DNA of 64,000 bases from NCBI GenBank assembly GCA_964234715.1, contig OZ174276.1; one strand, 5' to 3'. Origin of the DNA: Podarcis melisellensis. Lineage: Eukaryota. Below, in pieces: positions 50,640-61,253 of the stretch (position 1 is the first letter of the stretch; the number at the start of each line of letters is the position of its first letter). The translations under genes were made by a program, and so were the position numbers. The notes under the pieces are model-generated. The model made no database searches. It saw only the letters and a program-made list of their open reading frames with translations, and was not told the DNA's origin.

Positions 50640-51794
50640 CTAGCTGGATTTCTCCTTCTGTTTTGCTAGTGTGCGTTTCAGTTCTTTCAAATTCTCAGTC
50701 AGCACCTCAACCTCATCCATCCGCCCGCTATGTTTGGCATCAAAAATATAAGCTTTTATATTATCTATCTGTTGGAGCAGTAGCTCCTCTTCTATGATGT
50801 CTTCCCTTGACATTTCATTATCATCATCCTCTTCAAAAGGATTCGTGGAGGAAGACGTTTCCTCAAATGGGTTTCCAGATTCCTGACGAACTGTGAGCAC
50901 ACGAAATGGATTTCCAACAGCATCTTTAAAGGGATTCGGAGCACTGACAGCTACTCCATTTGCATGATGACAATCCTCGTCGTCTTCAAATGGGTTATAT
51001 TCTTTTTTATCACTGTGCAAGGTTTGGGTGGGCAAGGGAGCCACTGTGGAGGAATCTTCAGCAAAGGGATTATCAGGTTCCCTCTTTAGAGTGCTAATTA
51101 CTGGCTCATCTTCAAAAGGGTTTATGGGAACATTTTTATTTTGCTCTATTACGCTGTCATGCTCTTGGATCTCTAGAAACTGCCCGGGAAAGAATGGGCT
51201 CTCTTGCACTTGGAGCTTGTCACCAACACATGGTGAAGATGCTTTAGAGGCTGGGTTACTTGTATTCTGAGTAGTATCAAGGTCCAAAGCCTGTGCTATT
51301 TGGTTTATGCTCTCCTTCCCAATCTCTAACTTACTGTGCTTCACTTCTCTGAAATCCAGGGAACGTGTCCGTGAGTGCTGAGACATTCGTTTTTTATGTT
51401 CCCTTTCCCATTCCTTTTCACAAAGGATCTGCAATTGTTCCCTCTCCATCTCCTCCATCTCGGCTTGCCTTCTAGAAAGCTCAATGGCTCTGTCAGTTTG
51501 CTGTTGATCATATTCATCCTGAAGTTGTCGCAGGTTTTCCTGCAACATCTGGACCTCATCGAGACGATTTGCTTCTTTGGCTTGTTTAATAAAGGATGTT
51601 ATATTGTCAATCTGCTGCAGAAGTGGGTCTGTGAGTTCCTGCTGGCGAGATAAGTTCGCAGTGGGCAGCCAACCTTCAGCTTTCTTTACTGCAACCCGTT
51701 TTGGCCGAGACACCTCACCGTTAGTTGCTACCAAAGATCTGGAAGCATAGTCCATGTGCTTCTCCTCCAATCGTCTCTGCGTTTCAAGTGTTGC
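50640..51794 (-). CDS. RBSN: RBSN last coding exon (Rab-binding domains, NPF motifs)
   Basis: ORF 50640-51770 extended to the acceptor at 51795-51796. Confidence 0.97.
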   Translation of the reverse strand, partial: ATLETQRRLEEKHMDYASRSLVATNGEVSRPKRVAVKKAEGWLPTANLSRQQELTDPLLQQIDNITSFIKQAKEANRLDEVQMLQENLRQLQDEYDQQQTDRAIELSRRQAEMEEMEREQLQILCEKEWEREHKKRMSQHSRTRSLDFREVKHSKLEIGKESINQIAQALDLDTTQNTSNPASKASSPCVGDKLQVQESPFFPGQFLEIQEHDSVIEQNKNVPINPFEDEPVISTLKREPDNPFAEDSSTVAPLPTQTLHSDKKEYNPFEDDEDCHHANGVAVSAPNPFKDAVGNPFRVLTVRQESGNPFEETSSSTNPFEEDDDNEMSREDIIEEELLLQQIDNIKAYIFDAKHSGRMDEVEVLTENLKELKRTLAKQKEKSS

Positions 51795-54700
51795 CTAATA
51801 ACAAGTAAACAAACAAACCAATAAGTAAAGCAGGTGTGGAAATAACATCTAAAGTTGCAAAGGATTAGTTGTACTCGTTTGCTCCTATTTGCATTATATG
51901 GAAGTATGCCCCACTTTTTTCATTGAACATGGCATACAAGACTTTCAACAGGATATTAAAGAGCCACTAGCTTTAATCGACATACAAAACAACTCCTAGA
52001 AAGGTGTCTGACTGAAGAGATCTGAAATATTCACCTGTCTCTCCATCTGAAGTTTTCTGTCCAGTTCTTGTTTCCTTTTCTCTTTCAATTCTTCATATTG
52101 CTCTTGGGTTGGTAACGACATCAGACCAAGCAATTTTTCCTGAGGAAATGTTTTCAAAATATTGTTTTTTAAAAAGGGATGGGCTATCAAGCTCTCAAGT
52201 TTATTCAGAAACAGGAAGCTGCACAAAATACATAATATATCATAGTTATACTTACATTTGTGTTGGGGGGGCAAATTAAATATTTCTCCATCAAATATGA
52301 GTGTGATGCGGGTGGCGCTGTGGCTTAAACCACAGAGCCTAGGACTTGCCGATCAGAAGATCAGCGGTTCGAATCCCCGTGACGGGGTGAGCTCCCATTG
52401 CTCGGTCCCAGCTCCTGCCAACCTAGCAGTTCGAAAGCACGTCAAAGTGCAAGTAGATAAATAGGTACTGCTCCGGCGGGAAGGTAAACGTTCCCGTGTG
52501 CTGCTCTGGTTCGCTAGAAGTGGCTTAGTCATGCTGGCCACATGACCCGGAAGCTGTACGCCGGCTCCCTCGGCCAACAAAGCGAGATGAGTGCCGCAAC
52601 CCCAGAGTCGATCACGACTGGACCTAATGGTCAGGGATACCTTTACCTTTACCTTTACCATCAAATATGGTCAAGGCAGCTTACAATACAAGAAGTTTGA
52701 TCAAAAACAAGTCAAGTGGAATTCTTTTCAGGAAACAGGGCATACCTGGCTCCCCTATGCACTACAGCTCCCTGTGCTCCCCCTATGCAAAAAAGGCTGC
52801 TTCTGAACATTGAGGGGCTTCTGGGATGGTACAGAATGGGGTGCGGATGGGGGCTGCAGCATGATGTGAAATTTGGAGGAATTTAGCAGGGCTGTCTCCC
52901 ATGCAACTTTTCCACTCATTCAATCTATCTCTGGACCAAAAGCATTAACATTAATAGATCAACTCACTTAAAAAGCTTTTAAAAATATAATAGTATCTGA
53001 CACCTAAAAGACAAAAGCTTAAGTGCCAGAAAAAAGGTATCTGGGGAGGATATTGTAAAGGATCTCTGCCTCTTACACCCACCAAATCTCTTAGGGTAGA
53101 GGCACCTGGAGTGAAGCTCCTGATTATCTTAGCTTGCTTTTGTTAAAAAAAAATAATCACCTTTCGACCTAAAAAATCCCTAATGTGACTTACAAGTCAA
53201 TATTAACACAGTGGTGTGATAGCTAAGAGACAAGAGGAAAAGAATGGGGTTCCTGCTATCACTGTCTTACCACCGAGCCCGGGTGTAGGGGGCAGCCCCT
53301 TCCCAGTATATGTGCTCCCAGGCAGCACCAAAAGCAACTTTTCACTAGGGAGTGTGGCTTCTCCTTTGCACATGCTAGATGGAATGTGGATCCTGGCTCA
53401 TCTATTAAAAATTGGAGCAGTCAAAGAAGATGTTAAAGACTCTCACCAACTCTGATGTTCCTACTATCACTGATCTGGGTCACTGAGCTGTGAAGCTTAC
53501 AGTGCAATCCTATGCACGTCTACTCAGAAGTAAGCCTCAGAGCAAAATCTGCTTTACTCCCAGGCACAAGTGTATAAGATTGCAGCCTTAATTATGCATT
53601 GGGTTAAGTCACAGGTTTGTTTGTCTGTGTCTCTCTAAAGCCCAAATGCAACATGGGTGAAGTTTAGATCAGCTTCAATATTACATAAAGTACCAGTGTT
53701 TCAATCACTGTGACTCAAGTAACTTTCAAATACTTTTAGTTAGCTAAAAGTAAAGCTAGCTGCCTGGCAAGCAAGCAAGATTATCTCTATCCTGGTAAGC
53801 AAAAGGAATTATCAGGGTTAAAGAATACATTCCAGTAGAGCAACAGAACTTGAGAATGTGGAACAAGGCTGGTAAAGAGTGCAGCCTGGTGAGACTCTAA
53901 AGGCCACAGAGAGAGGCATTTGGCCTCCAGGCCTTAAGTTTCCCACCCCTAACTTAGACCATCCTGAAAAATATTTATGTGCAAGATTTGTATGTCATAT
54001 TGTGTCCTGTATACCTAAGAGCTACTCCTCCTTCCTAGATAACCTACCTGAACAAAAAGTGTGGCTGAATATCTGATCATTCTCTGAAGCTGCAATGTTC
54101 GGGGATGAGGTTGTGGTTCTTCATTCAGTCCCAGAGTCAAAATCTTCTTGCTGAACCAAAAAACCACAAGTGTATCAGCATACGAATTTAACAGTCAACT
54201 ATGAGCAATATGTAAGCATATGAAATAGTCTTCCTGGTTATGTTGTCCCAGTTACAATAATGTAAATTGTTGGTAACTTTATTTAAACGGATAGATTAGC
54301 ATTGCTTGCAGTACACACTTTATCATGGTATTTTGTCACTGACATTCATGAATTCTCCAACAACAGGACTGTATTGTCATGCACGCGCACAGAAAAAAAA
54401 TGCACACTGAAGCATTTTTAGCCCAATCAAATCAGTTTTACTTCTTTTGGGCACTGACTGATTAAAATGTACTAAGTCTTTGAGCCATATATTTCCCACC
54501 TAAGATCACAATACAAACTACAATCAAAATTTATTGACTGAATTTTTTTGTCTTCAAGTATGCTTGGATTGTGGTCTAAGGCAATTCATATTAATTTACT
54601 TATAAACCACCACCTTCAAAATTGATTTCAAGGCAGTCTGCAACAATATAAAAAGATTAAGCACAAAAATCAAAATACAAATGCAGAAATCCCCTCTTTT

Positions 54701-56849
54701 GAGTTCCGTCACTTACCTTAGAGCATCTATTAACTCATACATTTTTTGCACCTCCATCCTAAGACTGTTAGCATGTTCCAGACTGTAAGTTGTCTCCCCA
54801 ACACTGGAAGAAAACATGCATTGTTACCAAATTATTACCTTGGCAAGTGGTTTTGTTGAAGCCTACACTAGTGCACCAGTTTCAGCAAACGTGTTTAGAA
54901 ACGAGGCAGAGTTCCATCATCAAAACTGAGCCAAGGCCCTACGTTAAAACCTTGCCAAGGTGGCACTTTCTAGGTATGACACTTTAAGCACAAGAAGTTG
55001 AAAATGTGTTGTTCATAGTTGACAAGAAGATGAAACCTCAGAAGCTTGGGACAGATTTATTTCAAAGGCTCTTCTTTGGGGGTAACAAAGGCAATGCTGC
55101 ATGTGCAGACACTTAGATGATAGCAAGCAAAATTGCCTCATGTTCATCAGGCCTGCCAATACCATTGAGTTTCACAACATCCAACACACACAAACACACT
55201 TTACAAAAACAACAAAGTTAAAGCACATAGAGAAAAACCCTATGTAGCATCTTTACTAACTCAGAAATGTGGAAATATTCCTCTGACAGTGCTAACACAG
55301 TAAGCACTAACAATACTTTTTTACATTTATTATCTGAAGGACAATTTATACTTTTGGATAATGTAAAAATTGCTTACATAACAACAATTTTACGTATCAC
55401 TTTTGTGTGATGAAGAACTTGCAAGTGAACAAGTTCTCATGTTAAAAGACCTGTTACTGGTCCCATCTCAGATCAAACTATTAAGCACTGGACTTTGCAC
55501 TGAATTTTATTTTATTTATTAAATTTCTATCCTTCATCCAAGGATCACAGGGTGGTTTCCAATATAAAATTGTAAAACGAAAAAGTCACTTTAGCACAGA
55601 GAAAAAGTAGGAGCACATGATAATGGCAAATTCAGACAATACATTTGTGTATGCATCACACAAAGCTGGTGAGGTTAAAAATAACCTCAGAAGGACTTCA
55701 TAGAATCTGGAAGTGACATCTGTGTTGGATCATAGACTGTTAATATGACAAAAAATTTAGGTAGCCAATTTGATCCAATGGGGGGGGGGATGACGTACTG
55801 AGATGTCGAAGTAGCGAGCTAGCTTTCAAGTTCACCTGAATTCTTTAGAATGCATCTTGAGCATAATGTGGAGGGGAATAAAAGAATATTGATTTTTCTA
55901 ATCTGCTGACTGGAGTTTATGCATCATGCCCACAAGCATCCTCCCACCCCACACAATTTCCTTTTTCTTTATACCCATCCATTAATATGAAACTACAACC
56001 AGGCTTTAATGAAGTGTGTGTGTAGACAACACAAGCTTCTTTCTTCTTGAACATTAAATATTAAAGACATATTTATTAAAAATGAATAGGCTTACTTTAA
56101 TGATTCCGCCATCTTTATGTATTCTGGGGCTTTCTGGTCAACCTTTTCCATGCAAAGTCGGAGTTTCTTTTTTAATCAATAAAATTAATAGATTAAAATA
56201 AAGTTATTTATAGCAACAAATCAGATACACAATTGCTTCACATGCCTTCAATTTTTCCTGTCCTCTGTGTGTAACAACTTAATATTCGGTAGTAGTTGCT
56301 ATCCAGAGAATCAAGATCTATGCTTTCGGGAGACCAGGTCTCAGATTTTAAATGTGGAACTCCAGATTTTGAAACCATTTCTAAATAAGATCTCTAAGAC
56401 TGCAATTTCAGCCCACTTACCTGGAAGTAAGATCCACTGAATTCAGTAGGACTTACTTACAAGTAAACATGGTTCAGACTGCACATCTCTTAAGGTAACA
56501 GTCAATAACTGGTCTCTTCTTCTGAGAAGTTACAAAACCAGTTTACTCTGAGGCTATAAGGCAACTGGAATGTTTTAATCAATTTATTGGCATGCTTAGA
56601 TGAGTAAGTTGTATTGTTAATAGCCAGGACCAGAAATGGATCTGGGCTGTATCAGAGTAAGCAGTTTCAGTTATAATTTTTTAATACATCTTTTCTCAGC
56701 CAAGCCAACTTTAAAAGAAACCCACTTAAAAATACCAGGTTAAAACTTTCTTTAAAACTATAAAGTTAAACTTACTTCCTCCTTTCTATTCCTTAGAAGT
56801 ATTTAGCTGGAAGCCTATCTTGTTTTTAAGTTGAACAGCACCTAGTATA

Positions 56850-56894
<45 letters not shown>

Positions 56895-59800
56895 GCTTGT
56901 TATTGATAACTGGAAAATCCCACTTCACTTCCAGTTCTTGTTTATTTAGTGTCATTTTACCTCATAAAGTTTCACGATGTCTGGTGTGTACTCTTTCTCA
57001 TCAATCTGTTGCTCTCTTTTCAGCAGAGTGTCTTTACAATGTCTACAACAGCGGATGCGATCGTCATCCTTTTCATCCAAGACAGAGCTCACACTGCTCA
57101 CACTACTGATGCTGCCACGGCGAGAGCCCTGAATGCTGTTGGGTGAGCAGTTTGGGCTAGTATGAGAGGCCAAGGCTTCCTTGCTAGCAGTGGTGAGTTT
57201 GCCTGGAATGATACATCCAGAAGATATAATGGTGACAAGCCAACGGTCCAACCAACAGAACGCTGGTCTTGAAAATGGGTTCAAAAATTAAGTTCAGCTC
57301 AACTCCAGTAACTCATCATAAAAAGGAAGTGCCTATTTTATAGCACAGTTGCTAGAAAGAACTAAATCAGGACCCCCACATCACCATCTTTAGCCTTTAG
57401 AGCCTTTAAGTGAGGTTTGTGTCCTAGATAGCCATTTATAAGAAAAACTATAAATCCAGGATTTCCAAGTTAATTCCCCCTACAACCATCCCTACCTGCC
57501 TGAAGCTGGTGCTGACTGGGCCTTGCCCCCCCCCCATGCTTCTCAGCTCCACAGACCACCACCCCCCCACATGAGAAAGTTAATTCCAGCATCAGAGACA
57601 TGGGTCCAAGACATCTATACCACTGTACTCACTTGCAAATGGGAGGCTGACCAGTTCCATGCATTTCTTGCACATGATAGACCCACAAAGGCGGCAGTGG
57701 TGACGTCTGTTCCTTATGCTGAACTTGTTACCACAGTCTGGACAAAATGGCACATCCTGATCATTAACCCAAGGCACAACAGACTTCTCTATTGCTGGAA
57801 TAGAATGAGAAAATCTATCAAACATCACTAATGAAATCCAAATTAGCAAAGGTCGAACATGCTTGCACCTACCTCTTATCTTTGCAGAATCTGTATTGGT
57901 TCGGTCAAAGGATGTAAGCTGCAAAAATATTAAAACCAGAAGTCTTAATACAAGTTTTCTACTAGAGAACTCTTTACAACAGTTCAGCACAGGACTCAAA
58001 AATATTACAGGGTCTGTTTTCCTAAGTTTATTTCACTAAAATCAGTATCTTTCCCTGAGCATTCCTTTACGTCACTTATCTTGGTATTGGGCAGATGTTA
58101 TTGTCCTTCTAACAGAGAAGGAAAAAATAAAAAAGAAGCCTCAAAATTCAGAGCTGAATGCCTATAATACAGTGTCCCTAATGCCCCACCTCCCACAACT
58201 ACTTCAAAAGGGTACTGTGGTCAACAATATCAAAAGTTGCAAAGTGACCAAGGCAAACAAACAGGGGTCACTCCCCAGCCATCTCTCTTCCAAAAATGTC
58301 TTCTACCAGAGCGACCAAGGCAGTTTCAAGGCTACAACCAAGCAATATTTGAATACATGTGGAAAAACTATTCTCCACACATCAGAAGCAATATTGTAGT
58401 AGCATATACAGTGGTGCCTTGCAAGACGAAATTAATTCGTTCCGCGAGTCTTTTCGTCTTGCACGGTTTTTCGTCTTGCGAAGCACGGTCAGTCGCAACT
58501 GCACCTCTTCAAGCAGTTTTAAGAAAAAAGGAAACAAACTCGCAAAACGTTTTCGTCTTGCGAAGCAAGCCCATAGGGAAAATCGTCTTGCGAAGCAACT
58601 CAAAAAACGAAAAACCCTTTCATCTTGCGCGCTTTTCATCTTGCGAGGCATTCGTCTTGTGAGGTACCACTGTAGTTTAAAATGAACTTCCACACATTTA
58701 TGTGAAAAATGCAAGAGTAACCCATTTACCTTTTCTAACCTGATTATTAATTTATTGACTTCCACAACATAGTGATCAATTCTGGCTGCTCTGTGTCTCT
58801 TAAAATCAGAAAGATGGCTCTTCGTAGCACCTGGTAAGAAACACTGTTAGAAAACTTGCCAAAGTCATTCAACTCTATATTCTTAGTTAAAAGGCAGTTT
58901 AACATGTTGTTGTTCCTCTCTCATTCTTAGGCTGAAATTCAATGTTAAAAAATGAAATGGTATGTTTTCATCATAGTGTTCTGTGCACATTCTGTTGTGA
59001 TCTTTACTGATGAAATACTGCTCTTTATTTCTGCCTATATGATTTCAGAAGACAACAGCAACAACATTCCCTGGCTACTACAAGCTAGTAGAGTACAATC
59101 CCATACATATTTAATTAGAAGCAAGTCCTACTGAGTCCAATCAGGCTTACTCCAAGGTAAGTGGGTACAGGATTACAGTCTTCATCTCTCAATTACTGGT
59201 CAAGCCCAACTTACTAAAAATATATTTTTTCACATACTAGCATGCCACAAGTTCTTGCGGTCATGGTGGAGCTTCTTACATTAAAACAATCAATGGCACA
59301 ACGCTATTACATATTTTCTATTTGCACTGCAATGTAACCCTAGGTCTCAATCAAATACAAAACTAAGCAAAAATGTTTAAGAACAAAGCAAGCAATTAAG
59401 CAATAGAACGTAAGTGTGTGTATAGTTTTGCACTGGATTGTGGCCCTAGTGTTTCGCGTATATCTTCTATTTAAATGGTCTATTAATTCCTGACAACTTT
59501 GCATCATTATGCATAGATTCCAGTGGAGATCAGGGGGCTTCCCAGTGAAAGGTGTGCATTATTTGCATCATTCTTGACTGTTTACCTAATTCTTGGGGCT
59601 CCCACATATATGGATCCACTCCACCATAGCTGTAAGATTCATATCGTTCCTGAGGCCCTCCATCAGTTCGGTCATCTTCTCGTTTCAACAATTTATTCTT
59701 TGCTTTTTTAGCTTTTTGGACCAGATCTGAAAGAAGATCAAATGCTACATATTACACACTTATTTATGCATCCTTGTAAGAGTTACCCATCTTCTTCCAA

Positions 59801-61253
59801 ACTTGCTTGAGGTATTTGCCTCTAAGACTTTGAGCAATATAATTGACCATTCTGCCTCCCACCTCCTGCATCTGTTGAGCACCAGAATCATGTTTTACCT
59901 TCTCAGAGGAATGCAATTACAAGTTTGATGGGGGGAAGTCCTGAAGGTGAGAAGACCTGTGTAAATGCTTCACATAAGAATACAATCCCAATAAAATACT
60001 TCTACCTGGCTCAACCTGACGAGAATACAAATGTGGTAGTTAATCAGTCAGTCCAATTATTGGCACTTCAAAGGAATGTTCTGTATCCGGAGACAGCCTT
60101 AATTTGGAAAGCAATTTGTGAAAGAGAACACCGGACAAAGTAAAATACAAGAGCACTTTATAAAGGTAGAACAATGACGCATTTAATAACCCTTTAAAGA
60201 ACTGAGAAACAACTTGTAACAAGTGAAGAAAATTAGCACTTCAACACAACTGCTTGCTTTTGCAATTCACTGTGAACTGACTACAGAGTTCTTGGCTATT
60301 TAAACAGGAAAAAGTACCCCATAATTAGTGATTGAACACATTACATTTCTTTTGTATTTTTATAGTTTAAGCTATTATTCAGCTCTTGCTACTAATTTGT
60401 ATATTCAATGGCTGAAATGGTACGATTACTAAGCTCTAGTTCCCATGCCATTCCGAAAAGACAATCTCAGTGTTTGAAAGAATCATTGAGCAAAGGTGGA
60501 TACGTCAAAATCACTATGACAATCAGGAGTACTCCTGAACTAGAAGCAATATGGCTGTGTATATGTCCTTGGGGACAGAAATATGTGCAAACCCTTAAGG
60601 TACAGCTTTTTTTCTAATTAAGTGTAGCAGCTCCTAACACCAGCAAGACCATAATAACATTGTTCTATAAAGCCTTCCATAAGGAATTGTACACTAAAAT
60701 CAAATCCAAATTATGACATCAAGATGTATTTAATCCTTAGTAAATGCTAATTAAATTCTTTTAATGAAGGAAAAGTTCTCCAAAGTTTTGAATAGCTAAA
60801 ACATTTCAAGATTTTGTAACCCTATATCAGGTTTTCATGGCCTAAAGACAGTTGTGCTATCAGAAATGAATGAAAATTCTGCATTTGTAACCAACTTTCT
60901 ACTTTGTATAACTGAACATTATTTGCATTTCTATTCTTCCTAATGAAGTTTTGTGTAACTCAGAAACACATACACTTCTACATATAATATTTTCTGAGAA
61001 AATATATTACTAATTATGCAAGTCAAATGATAAATATGGTGGATAGTTATATTTTACATCATAACAGTCAGCAGCTACTGCTTTGCTTACTTTTAAGTTG
61101 TCCTTTAACATCTTTGTCTTCATTTGAATGTTCTTCTTCATAATGAGACTGTAGCTGATAAAACGATTGCAGATCCTTCAGACAAAGGGGGCATAGAAAA
61201 CCCTCCCTCACCTCCCCGGGGTCATCAAATGGAGGTGTGTAGCTCGTTGCCAT
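50640..61253 (-). CDS. RBSN: Rabenosyn-5 (ZFYVE20), 11 coding exons, 791 aa
   Basis: complement(join(61091-61253,59586-59726,58730-58830,57873-57918,57633-57794,56961-57202,56096-56166,54717-54803,54048-54150,52035-52139,50640-51794)) = 2376 nt; C2H2 finger (CPLCLKD...HYEEEH), FYVE (WVND...RRHHCRLCG), two Rab-binding helical hairpins (LLQQIDNI), NPF repeats. Confidence 0.96.
52035..52139 (-). CDS. RBSN: RBSN exon (EKLLGLMSLPTQEQYEELK...)
   Basis: AG/GT flanks, 105 nt. Confidence 0.95.
52300..52657 (+). mobile_element. Sauria SINE, full length
   Basis: A/B-box head, (ACCTTT)n tail; TSD CCATCAAATATG at 52288-52299 and 52658-52669. Confidence 0.93.
54048..54150 (-). CDS. RBSN: RBSN exon (KKILTLGLNEEPQPHPRTLQLQRMIRYSATLFVQ)
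   Basis: AG/GT flanks, phase fits. Confidence 0.95.
54717..54803 (-). CDS. RBSN: RBSN exon (VGETTYSLEHANSLRMEVQKMYELIDAL)
   Basis: AG/GT flanks, phase fits. Confidence 0.95.
56096..56166 (-). CDS. RBSN: RBSN exon (KLRLCMEKVDQKAPEYIKMAESL)
   Basis: GT donor; A-rich AG acceptor; phase fits. Confidence 0.92.
56854..56892. repeat. (AAT)n microsatellite
   Basis: ~13 perfect units. Confidence 0.95.
56961..57202 (-). CDS. RBSN: RBSN exon (FYVE insert and C-terminal part, RIRCCRHCK)
   Basis: Within ORF 56952-57284. Confidence 0.96.
57633..57794 (-). CDS. RBSN: RBSN exon (FYVE core)
   Basis: WVNDQDVPFCPDCGNKFSIRNRRHHCRLCGSIMCKKC. Confidence 0.97.
57873..57918 (-). CDS. RBSN: RBSN exon (LTSFDRTNTDSAKIR)
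   Basis: 46 nt; followed by a 78-nt intron. Confidence 0.93.
58409..58672. mobile_element. Tc1/mariner MITE with internal TCGTCTTGCG repeats
   Basis: TA-CAGTGGTGCCT ... AGGTACCACTG-TA TIRs; ~7 copies of tc(g/a)tcttg. Confidence 0.85.
58730..58830 (-). CDS. RBSN: RBSN exon (ATKSHLSDFKRHRAARIDHYVVEVNKLIIRLEK)
   Basis: AG/GT flanks. Confidence 0.95.
59586..59726 (-). CDS. RBSN: RBSN exon (LVQKAKKAK...YGGVDPYMWEPQEL)
   Basis: AG/GT flanks. Confidence 0.95.
61091..61253 (-). CDS. RBSN: RBSN first coding exon (the exon probably starts at 61393)
   Basis: MATSYTPPFDDPGEVREGFLCPLCLKDLQSFYQLQSHYEEEH; strong Kozak context. Confidence 0.95.

Noticed and set aside
58237-58765. 127-141-aa ORFs in an RBSN intron
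   Set aside because: They are explained by the internally repetitive mariner MITE and by read-through from the adjacent exon.
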